Of a stretch of 64,000 nt of DNA, positions 27,172 to 42,124 are shown piece after piece (position 1 is the stretch's first letter; the number at the start of each line of letters is the position of its first letter). Position numbers and translations under genes: made by a program. Origin of the DNA: Cirrosporium novae-zelandiae (Eukaryota). Location: positions 372,001-436,000 of the forward strand of contig JAPETS010000008.1 of NCBI GenBank assembly GCA_026023565.1, written 5' to 3'. The notes beneath the pieces are model-generated. The model saw only the letters and a program-made list of their open reading frames with translations. It was not told the origin of the DNA and ran no database searches.

Positions 27172-27621
27172 TAAGGTCTCGTCGTTTTCAGCTATGGTAG
27201 ACTGGCCCTAGAGGGATCAGGACCTCGGTGCTAACGGCTCACTTACAAATACATATCAGCGACGACTCAGCGACTCAGAACAGATAGAATGCAGTTTTAC
27301 AAAGAAAAAGATAGTGTAATAATTTATTTTAGAACCGACCATCAGATTACCTCATATGTAGACCAAGATTAATGCTTTCTAAGGTTTAAAGCGGACTCTT
27401 ATCACCGTCGCTGCTTTCGATAAGAGATATCGGACTAGAATCCGATAATGAACCTTGAGTCTCTAACATATTCTGTGTTACCTCTTAAAGGTGGATGGTG
27501 AAGCTTGCTTTTACAATACTTCAAAAGGTGCAAATTCTCCTAACAAATAGATATGTTAATTTTTCTTTACTGTGCTACCATATTGGTAGACTCGTCGTGA
27601 TTAAATACCTTGTACGAAGCC

Positions 27622-29076
27622 ATGGCCTTAATTACCTTACTAGAGCCAGTGAAATATCACCCAGCCATTACCGTCCTTCTTTCCGGACTTATCCTTCTCA
27701 TATTTCGATCGATATATCGTATCTTCTTCCATCCCCTCTCTAAAGTTCCCGGGCCTCTCCTAGCAAAATGCACATCCCTTTGGCTTAATTACCATTCCTA
27801 TGTCGGTGATGAATGCACTATCATCCATGCACTCCATCAAATCTATGGCCCAATCCTACGAGTCGGCCCCAAAGATGTGGATATTGCAGATGGGGAAGCT
27901 CTAGCTCCAATATATGCCGACAAGGGAGGCTTCTTGAAATCAGAATGCTATTCCAACTTTGATATCGACGGACACGCCTCCATTTTCTCCACTGTGCCAC
28001 CACTACACAGAGCCCCCCGGGCGAAGGCAGTGGTCCCTCTATTTTCTACGACCTCGCTACGCAATGGCAACGATGCGATTGAGGGCTGCGTTGATAGAAT
28101 GGTTTCACGGATGCAGAAGGAATCAGTATCGGGCAAGCCTGTGAACATTCTCAACTTGACACGATCATTAGCCACAGATGCGGTATCATCATATCTTCTT
28201 GGAAATAGCTATGGGGGTATCCAGGAAAACTCGCAGCTCTCCGCGTCACCCTTCGTGGACTCATTTGTTGCCGTTGGACGATTCTTCTACCTCCCGAACC
28301 AGGTATTTATGTTCTTGGAATGGCTGCTTGCTACCATCATGCCAGATCCTCATGTGGACAAGTCAATGGCAAAGGTCGATGGTTTTATCGCTAAAGTAGT
28401 AGAAAGCTCCACCAAGGGGAGCGAGAACTTCCCCGGTCGACTATTAGATCAAGGAATCTCGAAACACGAAACTATGGCTCAGTGTAAGGACTTGATGTTT
28501 GCTGGGACTGACTCGACAGGCATGAATCTCGCAACGATTTGCTGGAATCTAGCCTTGCATACCGACAAGTACAACATTCTCTGTCGTGAAGTGTTCGAAC
28601 ATAAGAACCATCAGACCGATCCTCAATCTCTCCCATACCTCCGTGGAGTTGTCAGAGAAGGCCTTCGCCTTTCCATGGCCAATCCTACACGTCTTCCCCG
28701 TGTTGTTCCCCCCTCTGGCTGGACTTTCAAAGGATACCACTTCCCACCCGGCACCAATGTTGGCGTTGCTGCCTATGAGCTCCACTTATCTCCAAAAGTA
28801 TTCCCATCCCCAAATTCGTTTCTCCCCGAACGCTGGTTAGACCCTACACCGGAAATGCAAAGAGACTGGATGCCATTTGGAGCGGGAACAAGGCAATGCA
28901 TTGCAAGGAATCTAGCAATGGTGGAACTGTATCTTGCCACCGCTAAGATAGCGGAAAGGGATGTCATGAAAGGCGCAAGCGTGGTTGAGGGGAAAGTGGA
29001 GATCATGGAGTGGTTCAACTCGAAGGTTAGAGGGGAGAAGATTGAACTGATATGGCCAGCCGGCGAGACAGCATAA
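27622..29076 (+). CDS. Cytochrome P450 monooxygenase (intronless)
   Basis: N-terminal TM anchor + HPLSKVPGP, I-helix AGTDST, EGLR (ExxR), PERW, heme loop PFGAGTRQCIA. Confidence 0.95.
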   Translation: MALITLLEPVKYHPAITVLLSGLILLIFRSIYRIFFHPLSKVPGPLLAKCTSLWLNYHSYVGDECTIIHALHQIYGPILRVGPKDVDIADGEALAPIYADKGGFLKSECYSNFDIDGHASIFSTVPPLHRAPRAKAVVPLFSTTSLRNGNDAIEGCVDRMVSRMQKESVSGKPVNILNLTRSLATDAVSSYLLGNSYGGIQENSQLSASPFVDSFVAVGRFFYLPNQVFMFLEWLLATIMPDPHVDKSMAKVDGFIAKVVESSTKGSENFPGRLLDQGISKHETMAQCKDLMFAGTDSTGMNLATICWNLALHTDKYNILCREVFEHKNHQTDPQSLPYLRGVVREGLRLSMANPTRLPRVVPPSGWTFKGYHFPPGTNVGVAAYELHLSPKVFPSPNSFLPERWLDPTPEMQRDWMPFGAGTRQCIARNLAMVELYLATAKIAERDVMKGASVVEGKVEIMEWFNSKVRGEKIELIWPAGETA

Positions 29077-29715
29077 AGATCCCGAAGCGGACGAAAACAA
29101 TGAAAAATCTCATAGATATTTCATATCGAAGTAATTGGGAAGCTAGGAGGGAGCCTATAAAAGACAGCACGGAAATGAGGTCAATGGCATAAAAAAGGAG
29201 GAAACATGTCTTTCTAATGCGACAGTCAGAATAATCTGATTTCAATTTACATCTATTCATTTAATTCAGTAGCATAACAATAGCCTCGATGATTCCGCAA
29301 CTTACTACCCATCTACATCATAGTTTTTCTCTACTATCAACAAGTTTTATAGCAATGTAGCTTCAATGTATTTTTTCCCCTTTCTTCTAAATTTCTGGTC
29401 CACTTCTCGAACACATCTGAGCTCTAACTCCCTCATATACATCCTCTAGTCCGCCGAGTTACACAAGCAACAAATATCGAAAACATCCCAGCCAATCAAC
29501 CACTCATCTTCAGTTAAGCTTACTAATTTACCACCAACCCAAAAATTTTTCTCCAGTATGCACTTACTCACCCACGCCACCGTCCCATTCAAACTCCGTT
29601 TCACCCGCTCCACCCACCCCACCTAAACCAAAACCAAACCCACAAATGCCAATCCCGATCCACAAAATAGACCACTTATCTCCTCGATTATATCAACAAC
29701 AACCAATAAACACAC

Positions 29716-29840
29716 GGTGGGATGGCCGAGTTGGTTATGGCGCCAGGTTAAGGTCCAACCTTGACAGCTCTTTCAGATGTTAACAAATGAAACATTTCCT
29801 GGTTCCGAAAGGAGCGTGGGTTCGAGTCCCACTCCCATCA
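29716..29840 (+). tRNA. tRNA-Leu(AAG) with a 43-nt intron (29754-29796)
   Basis: Acceptor GGTGGGA/TCCCATC+A; A-box TGGCCGAGTTGG; anticodon stem CCAGG/CCTGG with TT-AAG-G loop; long variable arm TTCCGAAAGGAG; T arm GTGGGTTCGAGTCCCAC. Confidence 0.95.
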
Positions 29841-29846
29841 TTTTTT
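29841..29846 (+). terminator. Pol III oligo-T terminator
   Basis: T6 run immediately after the tRNA discriminator base. Confidence 0.8.
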
Positions 29847-30810
29847 CGGTTGCTTGGTGTGTATTTTGTGTATTTTGTGTGTAGGCTTTGTTTGTTGGTT
29901 TTTTTTTTCAATTGAGTGGGTGGGTGATTGGGAAAGAAAGGATTGTTGAAGGGGGTAGGTAGATTGTGCCACCAATTATGATAACTAAAAATTGAATGTA
30001 TATAACTGACTTACTTATCCTGATGATAATTTCCGTTGAAGAAAAAAAGCCTAACAACCAAAACGAGAATGAGTAAATGATTAAACTTCCCAGCAGCCTG
30101 GACTGGGCCCTACCCCCCTTTCATCTCCAAGTTGATCAGATAGGTAGGTGTTTACCAAGTTCATCGGTACTAAGATTTTCAAGTCTCAATTTATACTTTT
30201 TGCTTTCGCTTTTTTGCTAGATTAAGCATTAAGTTAAGCATATTCTGTCCTAGAAAGAAAAAAAATAGTATTTCCTTCTAGGGTTGGGAGTTCTGGGGAA
30301 TATCTTACTAGTGGTAGATAGATAATAGGGTTGGATGTGGGACTTTACTGTTTCAAAGGAAAGATGGGAGGTCCCGCTGATTCCATTGACATGCATGCTT
30401 GTATGCAAGATTGGGTTTTTGGTGCTTGGTTACGGTAGGGTAGAGTAGTGGATAAATTATAACTAGTATAGAGTTTTTCTAGAGGCTATGCCGTTGTTCT
30501 GCGTCTGATTCTAGATTGAATGTGGCTTTTGCAGTTGGTATATGGAGAAAGAATCCGTGTAGGTAAACCGATGGCTAATTTACAAATCGCAGAGCTGAAA
30601 GGCATCGATAAGGGGTTGATACTGGAGAGGTCTTTCTACATAGCTAGCCCCCTGGTGGCGATCACGTATCTTTCTTGTATTGGACATTAATTGGTATCTA
30701 GGATGATGTTTTATTGGATATCTTACTACAAATTATGAAAACCGAGCAACGTTTTTGACTTTAAATGCTCAAACGTCACTGACATTGAATAATTTGTGAA
30801 TAGTTGGGGC

Positions 30811-33800
30811 TTAGGCATCCGAGCGCTCTCGATGACTTCGAGGTCTTTTAAAGCAGGCACTATTAAATGATAGTTATTAGCAAGGTTTGTCAGTAAGTTT
30901 CTGAGGAAAACATACAATTCGCTTCGAGTTTTCTCTCTGAGGCTCTTTAGGGTTGCCTTCATCTCCGGCAATTGGTTTTGAAGTCTTGCTCGGGCGTCAT
31001 TGGTCGTACGTCGATCCAATTCCAGATAGATCTTACTCTGACACTCGCTTGCTTTGTCGGTTGTATATTGAGTTAATGTCTGAGCTATAAATTCCACGTC
31101 TAAGGTTGCCTGCATTAATGCTGGCAATGTGTATTGAGGTCTCTGCTTGAAGACGTCCAAGAGGGTCGAGGAAACCTGTTCAAGAAGATAGGACAGTATT
31201 TCGGTTGTTAGAGAGGGTGCGGTTGTGGAAACCTCGGTGTGTATAAGGACTAGATGGAGAAGTAGTTGGTAAACATAAGGGGTCACCTTAGCGGGCCTAT
31301 TGGTGGTAGGCACGAACGAATCCGCCAAGATTCCGGATTTAATGATAGATGAGAAGCGGTCAATTGATGGATGAGTGTACATCTGGAATAGACGTGAATC
31401 TATCTGTCCAAGGGCGTCACGAATGGTATTCGATTCTTCCGACATTCTCACAGAAAAATCAGTTTCAAATAGGGTGATTAATTGTGGTACAAAATCCCCC
31501 CTAAGGGCCTTGAGATTACTCAAGGTTAGTAGCATGCGAACGCTCTAGGGACCCAAATTAGTATCTGCTATGGAATATCATAGGAATGACATACTCGGTT
31601 GCTAATATCCAACGTGTCAGCATAAGTTGGCTCGGTTGATTCTTGTGCCTCAAAGTCAATACTCCACGCATCCTCTGCAGTACCAACGTTTGATTCTGCA
31701 TTTTCAACCATTCCAGCCAGTGCTTTGTATAAGCTAGTTACAAATTGGGACTGCACCAGTTTCAAGAGCTTGCTCTGTGGGGCCGGTATAATATTCTCTG
31801 TCCCCGACTTCGTGACCGCTTCAGAAATATACAGAATCTTTTGCATTCCAGCTAAGAGACCACTCTCAAATGCCACAAAATGTAGGGGCATCTTTGTCAA
31901 ATCGGGGTTGTCATTTGAACGAATCCAGTCCTCAAGGAACCTGCAGCTCTCCGCATCCCGACCCCAGGCGACACAAACTGCACGTATACATCTCTCGCGC
32001 GCTCCTGAAACAAGTGTCTTGAGCTTTTCGAAGGAGCTCGCACTAGCTAGTACAGGAGCGAGACTAGCCAATTCTCCAGCTGCGGTGCCCAGTAAAATGA
32101 GTAGTTTGCTTAGATATCTTACTCCGCTGACAGAGTTTGAATTTGGTGGCCAAAAGGCAAATTCCTCCCAAGCTTCGCCTTTCCTTGGTGATGGGGGAGG
32201 TAGATCATCAAATTTGAACCGTGGATCTGAAGGAGTGAGGGCCGCAGACCTGGGTGTATTTGGCGTAGTAGGTGGTAGAGGTGAAAAGAGACTTGAAATA
32301 TCTTCGATGGGCGGCTCAGAGAACAAAGCAAATACATTTTCTCTTAAAAGCTCGACGAGTTCCAATATGCCATTCTTAAGATCTCTCACTCCATCACTTG
32401 GCAGCCTATGGTGTTTGCGACTTCGCCCATCAATTCCAGTCGGGAGGGTTTTTTGCTTTTGTCCATCAATGAACGCCTGGGCCGTTTCCCAGAATTCTAT
32501 CACCTCACCCAATATGCCTCCTCGCATCGACAATAGCCGGCTGAGCAAAGTATGCAAGTGTTCCCAAAACTCTAGAACTGGTTGAGAGTCAATGGCTTCG
32601 TTTGATGCAGGAACACCTCTCTGGTCACAACAACGCAAATGGGCCGCAATTTCTTGTGGCGTAGGCTGTTCACTATTCGCTAAATGTCTCCTGAGGATCT
32701 CAATTTCAACTCGTGTTCGCTCAGAAGTGGTATTTATTTTTGTTTTAAGGTGGTCAAGTCGGCTAAGAAGCCAGACCGTGATCGGGTTCTCTTCGACGCC
32801 AAGTTCTAGAAGTAAACCTATAAGTTCCATATACTCCTCTGATTGGTTAGTGTTTCCGGCTTGAGAGCTGGGAGGAGTTCCTGTCAATTTCCGCCAGACA
32901 TCTTGTTTCAACGTCTCAACCTGTTTTTCGACGTCGAGCCACATGCGACCTGTCACAATGATATGATGAAGCTGAGTATCTGTCAAAACCACGCCATTAT
33001 CAACTGATTTATTAGCAATATTCCTAGCCTCGTCTGCATATTTTCTTGCTCGAGCATATTCTTCGACAAGCTGTTCGTAGTTCTTTTGTTTGATGCATCT
33101 TGACAATGTACCTCCAACTTCGTAGATTCCACGGTATGTTTCGATAGAATGGAGAATTTGATTTAACGCCTTTTCTCGCTCCTTTCCGCCCAACGCCGGC
33201 CCCCAAATTTCCTCTGCTTTGACGGATACTTCTACCAATGGAGCTTTGATACCTTGCACACCATACTCGCTCTCTTTGACAAGCGCATTTTTCTTTGTAT
33301 TAGGTCCTGGAGGTTTAGCGATGGGCGCACTGCCACTAATGCTTCTAAAATGCATGCTGTTCCTACTGGTATGGCGGGAGTGTGCTTGAACTTGTGCCTC
33401 TACTTCAGAGCCTCGGTTGCGCATTTCTGTGTAGACATTGTCGATTGTAGCTTTAGCACGTACGAAACGCTCAAAATTGGACTCCACAAGTATCTTTAAG
33501 GACGCCGATTTCTGGTCAATGGATCGGGAAAGGAAATCTAGGCCTTGTAATAAAACTTGTGTCGAATCATTGGAATGGACTTGAGATAAGAATAGGGCGG
33601 GCGAAAAAGAAGTAGAAGATGTAAGGAATCGGTTTCCTTCGCAGACATTATATTAGTAGGAGCTCATTATAGGAAGACAATTTGGCTGGCATACGAAGGC
33701 GAATATTATCTTCTACAGGTACCCCTTTTGTTCTTAGAGCTCGTACAACAGTATCAGAGCCTCCTAAAGGATCTGGTTCGTCCACCTGCACAAGATTCTC

Positions 33801-34016
33801 TCTTCCATCACCTGTTCTCTCGGTGCCAGGAACTATACTTCTTCTCCCACCACCAGCTTGTTCAAGAGCCGAATATCGTGATTTCCTCTTGGAACTTGGT
33901 TTAGAGGGGACATCCTCTTCAGATTCGTCACTTTGATCTTTTTCTATAGGCCATTCGGTAGGGTATGGTGTGGTTAAATTGTAATGATTTAGTATTTCTC
34001 CTGCGAGATCCGTCAT
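30811..34016 (-). CDS. SEC5: Exocyst complex component Sec5 (4 exons)
   Basis: FSPALFLSQVH...LKILVESNFERFVRAKATIDNVY, EYGVQGIKAPL, LMQATLDVEFIAQTL. The last intron (30860-30915) gives the C-terminus EFACFKRPRSHRERSDA*. Confidence 0.93.
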
Positions 34017-34375
34017 GTTGGCAGGTAGTCCATAGAAGGGACAAAAAATGTAAGGTAGACAATTGATATGTATACACAGATACTTTGTACAGTACACTCA
34101 CACAATCTCGATCTCGGTCGGCTTTCCGTACAAGGATTGGTACAGTACAAGGGTCCGAAGTGTCTGCTGAAGCTTGGCCGTGACGTGCCATTAAGGCTCA
34201 AGCCATTAATGCCTCAGGCCGAAGTAACGTTGCGTGAATTTGTGTATGTTTTACCGCGGTTGACGTTTTTATTTTCAGCCTTCCGCAATCGCCGACATTC
34301 AATCCAAACCTCTCCACTCAATCTTTCATTAATTGATCCAACGCTGCTTCGCCTGAAGTAGCATATCCTCTCATA

Positions 34376-35802
34376 ATGATTGCGCAACGGGCCTTCTACT
34401 CGCCTGCTCGGCAATGCCTGTGGAAAGCTACTGCCTCTCAAGCATGGGCAGCACGCAGACAGGTCATTAACCTCTACCCTTCTTTAATTATTCTCCAGCT
34501 AACCCTCTTTACATTTTAGACTCAATTTCGATGTTATGCTACACCTACCCAGGAAAAGGTTGCGAAATTCAAGGGGAAGAAAGGACCAGATGTGTGAAGT
34601 CGAATTTTTTTCGGTTCATGAGGTTATATCTAATCTCTATTTAGGGAAAATATACTGTGACCCTCATTGAAGGCGATGGCATCGGTCCGGAAATCAGTCA
34701 GTCTGTTAAAGATATTTATTTGGCTGCAAATGTAAACATGCACTGAAGAGTCTAATTACTCAATGCTAATAGCTTCGCTAGGTTCCTATAAAATGGGAGT
34801 CTGTCGACGTTACACCTCAGTTAAAGGATGGGAAGACGGTTATACCAGATGATGCCATTCAAAGTGTACACCGGAATTACGTGGCACTGAAAGGTCCCCT
34901 TGCTGTATGCAAAACTACGGGAAACCATAATATATTGTACTAATACTCCCGGTAGACTCCTGTTGGCAAGGGCCATGTTTCTCTTAACCTCACACTACGA
35001 AGAACTTTCAACCTTTTTGCCAATGTTCGTCCCTGCAGATCTGTTGCTGGATACAAAACACCTTATGAGAATGTTGACCTACATCTTATCCGAGAGAACA
35101 CTGAAGGAGAATACTCTGGCATTGAGCATGTTGTAGTTGATGGCGTTGTGCAGAGTATCAAACTTATTACCAGGGCGGCATCCGAAAGAGTTTTGCGTTT
35201 CGCTTTCCAGTATGCCCAAGACATTGGGAAAACAAAAGTACGAGCTGTTCACAAAGCCACCATCATGAAGATGTCTGATGGTCTTTTCCTGGGGATAGCT
35301 CGTGAAATTGCCAAAGAGTTCCCTAATATCGAGTTTGATGCAGAGCTCCTGGACAATGCTTGCTTGAAAATTGTTACGGATCCCGTACCTTACAACGACA
35401 AGGTGCTCGTTATGCCAAATCTGTACGGAGATATTCTATCAGATATGTGTGCTGGGCTTATTGGCGGTTTGGGCCTCACTCCATCGGGGAACATTGGTGA
35501 CGAGTGCTCTATTTTTGAGGCCGTACACGGTTCTGCTCCAGACATTGCCGGTAAAGCGCTTGCTAACCCAACCGCGCTGCTGTTGAGCAGCATCATGATG
35601 CTGCGACACATGGGCCTAAATGAAGATGCACTGAGAATCGAAAAGGCCATCTTTAGCACCCTGGCGGAAGGAAAGGTGAGAATATCACTCGTCCTAGTTT
35701 ATGGGATAAATGGTGCTGACACATCTCTAGGCCCTGACAGGTGATTTGGGAGGCAAGGCGAAAACACACGAATATGCGAACGCTATCATTAAGCATCTGT
35801 AA
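34376..35802 (+). CDS. IDH2: Mitochondrial NAD-dependent isocitrate dehydrogenase subunit 2 (multi-exon)
   Basis: Arg-rich presequence; [77 protein letters not shown]. Confidence 0.95.
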
Positions 35803-36479
35803 ATTATTAACGCAATCATAGATAGACGTGGATATGTGCACATAGGTCTGGTGTTCTTGCTGCGCTGCACTCGACTGTATAACAGGATACCAATACCAAT
35901 TCTTTCATGATATGATGTTGATGTCAAAGGCCAATGTATCAAATGATACTTTTCTTAAATAGGCCATATTTAGCAATGCACCAATTGCGCATTTCACTTG
36001 CTAGTTTGCTAGATCTGCAGTTAGGATCTCAGTTATTCAAATCTCCAGCGTCCTGCCTTTGTTGTAGAACTAGGATTAATTCGCACGACTACTGATTTTT
36101 GGAAGAAATAGGATTTTTGATAAGTCGCAAAGCGGAGTTTCCAGTTCCTATAATAAGACATCTGGAAAACCCCAAAGTGACTGAGATATACAAACTCAAG
36201 TTGTAAGATAATACAAGAAAGCATTAATTAATGCGTTTCCAGCTCCCATCACTCCTTCCTTTCCTTCTAGTTTCTGCCCCCAAATACAAATCCTTTGCAG
36301 GTACGTGAGAACTCATAGACTAGACACAGAAACGCCGTCGCTTCTAACGTTTTTTTATTTCGAGGGAAACGAGATATCTCTAGACGGGAAAGAGGAAAAA
36401 AAGTTTTCATATTTTTTCCATCCTTCCTAGATTTGATGAATTGTGGAGGGGCAAATGGAATTGCGGTGGAATCCTGCGT

Positions 36480-38314
<1,835 letters not shown>

Positions 38315-38513
38315 GGTGGGTAGGTGGGGTTTAAATGAGAATGGGGACCATCCCAGTGAATGGAGAGGTTGTTGAAACAAGAGAAGGTTTCAAGGAGAAA
38401 TATTGAGAAGAGGCTTGTAGGTCAACTGGAGGAGAGACGGAGAAAAGAAGAGAGAGGAAGAAGAAGCATAGCGATTATTGTATAACGTTTCTCCGGCTGA
38501 GAGAAGCTGGCCG

Positions 38514-38525
38514 CGGATAATTGGA
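38514..38525 (-). promoter_or_regulatory. CSRE-like (Cat8/FacB-type) element upstream of ACH1
   Basis: TCCAATTATCCG on the minus strand, one mismatch from the yeast CSRE YCCRTTNRNCCG, about 200 bp upstream of an acetate-metabolism gene. Function is inferred. Confidence 0.3.
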
Positions 38526-38997
38526 GTTGCGGTAGTCATTTGACCGAACAACCTGGTAGACTAACTAACTATTGTGGTAAGGGTTTACGGTGGGGATAAT
38601 TGTTTACCGTCACTGTAGTGCAGAGTCGATATACCAAGGTTTATCAAGGTTCGAGAGGTGAGGCTTAAAAATATTTGCGTTTTAGCACCAATATTCACGA
38701 TAGTTTCCGCATCAAAACGCCATGGAATACGATAAGTATGATCGATGGCCCGAGGTTTGATGGAACGGATGGGTTTATGGTATAATGACCAGTTATCTCG
38801 AGGACGAGTGGTTTCCATATTCCCGGGGGGCCTCGGATAGGACTGACACTCTTCATACCTCTTCACACCTCATTAAAGTAGAGTCTGGGGTTCCCACACG
38901 TTGAGATTGGCTTTCTCACCCGAGGCCATTTTCGGCTAGGTTACCAACGGCCGGCCGAGCGGAGCACCCCGAACCCAACCAGAATGAATTAATTAAT

Positions 38998-39042
38998 TAA
39001 TGCCTCAGGAATACTATAAAGTATCACCACCCACTCTCGTTA
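38998..39042 (+). repeat. 45-bp direct repeat, copy 1 (copy 2 at 43716-43760)
   Basis: taatgcctcaggaatactataaagtatcaccacccactctcgtta vs taatgccttaggaatactataaggtatcaccgcctactatcatta: 6 mismatches, 5 of them transitions. Confidence 0.85.
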
Positions 39043-39237
39043 GCAAGACAGTGTCTCTCACATAAGACTTTGACTGATTGATCGTAAAAGGAAGATTTGA
39101 ATTCTACCTTACGATATATTCTTTATTTAACTCCCTACTAAGCCTTTGATCTCTTAAATTTCGTTTGTTCTTTCTTTTGCTATTTATCTTATTCCGAATA
39201 GGCGACATGTGGACAATAAAATGAATAATAATCTTGG

Positions 39238-39353
39238 TACTTTTGACAGGTAGAAATGAAAGCGACCAGACCCAAAGATAGAACTAGAATAGTGGCCTTA
39301 AGAAAGCCTTCAAACAAAATCAATTTTCAATAACAATTCAATTGAAGGCCTCC
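39238..39353 (+). mobile_element. MITE-like element, left part: full 76-bp TIR + 28-bp spacer + 12 bp of the opposite TIR
   Basis: 39238-39313 is the reverse complement of 43642-43717 (68/76 identical). Termini TACTTT...AAAGTA, possibly including a TA target duplication. Confidence 0.75.
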
Positions 39354-39450
39354 CCAAAGCCCAAAAGATAAATTAATTATAAATATACAAAAACTCCTTA
39401 AACTCCTAATTCCATTCCCCCCATTTCGTATTATCATGAAATCTCGGATA

Positions 39451-41360
39451 TCAACAATCACCCCCAAAAAGCACGGTCATAGTAATCAGAACCTCGTCCC
39501 ACAAATCTTTGCAAGAATTCTCATGAACCCTACCGGCCCATAAAAACTTCATCAGTGATGATTTAGCATCCTTCCAGTTATAAATCTGCAATTCCATGAC
39601 AATCTTCACAAGTCGAGCTACAAACCACGCTCGGTCTTTAGTACCGGCGACAGCAGCGCCACCTAGAAACATTATCCATAGGAATAGTACTCTAGTCTGT
39701 GCTGTATTCATGTCAGCCATATCAAGACAAGACTTTAGCTTCTGGATCGTCACTCCATCCGTCAATGCACTAGCAGGGAATTTCCCAACCTGGAGGCAAA
39801 GAGAGAAGTGGTAGACAGTTTCGAGATAAACTAGGGCTCCGATACAGCAAACCTCTTGAAGAGCAGCGTTTTGAGAACTTTTATAGCCAGCAGACTGAAA
39901 CAAGAGCAAATGATATTGGATGGATATAACAATTCGATCAACTGTTAGGAGATCCATTGTCGCATTATTTAGGGCCGAGGTCAGATATTGTAGCTCACTT
40001 ATTATACCAATAAGGCCACCATCAAAGGCGAACAATTCTATAATGTTTCTCATACCATCACAGAGAGCTGAAATAGGCTGTTTGAGTAATAAAGGGGGTA
40101 AGGACAGACTAGGTATCTCGATAGCAGTAAATCGAGGCTTCGAAAGTGTGGCAATGCAACCGGTAATGTCCGCTCTAGGTCTACGTCAACACGTATTGGC
40201 TACAGGGTCCTTATAGAATAAGTTTTGTTACCTCCAAATCTTGCTTTTGAGGTTCTCATTTAACGCTGCGAAACCTCTGATTTGTACCATCTTGTGAAGC
40301 CCATCCATATGAAGGCTCCAGTTCGCAAAATTTCCTAATATGCTCTATTAATTATTTCGACTTGTAAGCTAGCATCTCAAGTCAATACGAACAGAAGTAC
40401 TTGCCTCAAATTCTGCTAGATGCGCAACAGCAACGATGGTACTGTCGGATAACTCAGATCCTGGATCTCGCAATCTCGTACTGAGTAAATGAACAACCTC
40501 CTTCATGTGCTTGACTTTTTCCAGAGATTCTCTTCTTCCCATGAGAAGGTCCATGTAAAGTGCTGAGCCGCAAAGAATTGCGTGGAATAAGGCTGCATCT
40601 GTCATCGCCAGAGGAAACCATCCCTGTGCAGCAAGATCTTGCCTACAGCCTAGCTCTGATGGTTTCGCCAAATTGGAGGTTAGTGAGAGGTCTATAGTGA
40701 ACAATATGAGTAAGTGCATAATGCTTTGCGGGTTCTGCAATAACATATAGTCGAGGAGGGGAAGTTAGTTAGCGACGCTTACATTGGTGGATAAGTGTAT
40801 GCATATACGGTTCCATGTTGACTGGGAATGTTGTAAAAGGATCTAATAATACAGATGGTTGCCGAGGTACAGATGTGGGCTGTGAAGCTGACTCCTCCGA
40901 ACTGAACTGGAGTGTTTTCTTGCATAAGGTGACGTTGTGAATGGAGGTCGATCCCACATCAGAAGGCTTGCTGACGGAACTTTCGTGCTCCCGTTTTTGT
41001 TGTGGAAGGTCTTGAATCACGTGAGTTTGAAAGGATTTTTTCCTTTTTCTATCATATACCACTGGACGGGATATGTTGACAAATTTTAGTGGCTGTGTAT
41101 TGGCCTTCGCTTTTTTGGGCTGGATAAGGACAGTGTCTGTATTGTATATCAGGCTTCACTGCCACGATAAGGATGTAGAATCTTGTACCACCTTTTTCAG
41201 GTTCATGTGTATGTAATCCTATGACAGGCTCTTGCCACGAGATTTCATCAGGTGTTTTGTCCTCACGATGTTTGCTGTCAAAGATAACGACTAGAGGATA
41301 ACCGTTAGAATGGTGAAAATAACCATTCTGATCTCTTATTATCTCAAGCGAGCTATCCAT
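39451..41360 (-). CDS. Fungal-specific transcription-factor-domain protein lacking a Zn2Cys6 cluster (5 exons)
   Basis: Spliced protein contains LKFVNISRP...RKKSFQTHV, LDPFTTFP, WFPLAMTDAALFHAIL, HMDGLHKMVQIRG, WRADITGCIATLSKPRF and LFLWIMFLGG. The frame is intact if intron 40345-40404 uses a GC donor. Confidence 0.8.
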
Positions 41361-41640
41361 GATGCTGTTTGCAAGCTAATGGAGCAGGCGTAGAAAATCC
41401 TTAAATTGAGTAGAGCCTTCTTGATAATTCGGGAATGGAAAATTCCCGTCACAGTTTCCTCATATCCACGCGCAGAAGCATATCAATAGTGGGCCTTTCG
41501 AAGAACCATTCTCATAATGCATAAATCATATGCAGGGCGATGCAGTTGAAGATTTGTGACGATGAGATTGACAATGATAGCTCGAGATGACCTTTCGTAT
41601 CTCTGGCGATATAACGATAGAGATGGCCAGATTTGGCTAA

Positions 41641-41833
41641 ATTTGGCTAGCGCGAATGCTGTAAACGGCATTTCTGTTAGTGATGGTGGCTCACGCTAGC
41701 CCTGATAGGCTAGCTTGTTATTTATTCTGGGACGAGATGTGGCTCACTGGATTTGGTTAGTGTGGGTGCTGTAAATGGCTATTCTGATGGTGACGGGAAT
41801 TCACACTGGCCCTAATTGACTAGCTTGTTATTT
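41641..41833. repeat. Diverged tandem duplication (period 110 bp) in the TF/SDR divergent promoter
   Basis: 41641-41723 aligns ungapped with 41751-41833; the 67-nt core has 52/67 identities and ends in the shared ctagcttgttattt. Confidence 0.8.
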
Positions 41834-42124
41834 CCTATATTATGTTGCTAGCTCGGAGATGCTTGGCAGACACCTTCAGTAGAGAAGGTATCCAAAGCGG
41901 GATACGCATAAAAGGGTCAAACACATCACTATGTTTCTGGAGAGGATTCTCCTTCAAGAGTCAGTCACAGTTGTTGTAGTTATTCCAGTCAATTTCATAT
42001 ACTGTCCAGTGCCTACTATTCGCTACAGTAACACCTACCTCTCACTAAAGCTCCCTTTGGGAAACTCCTATATCCACGGATGTTATAGTTGAGTTCTTCA
42101 AGTCCAAATCATTCACAGAGCGCA

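Noticed and set aside
29490..29960. Apparent inverted similarity between the tRNA flanks (CA-rich left, GT-rich right)
   Set aside because: Only short low-complexity matches; explained by compositional skew.
31725..32585. 286-aa plus-strand ORF
   Set aside because: Antisense shadow of SEC5 with no recognisable motifs.
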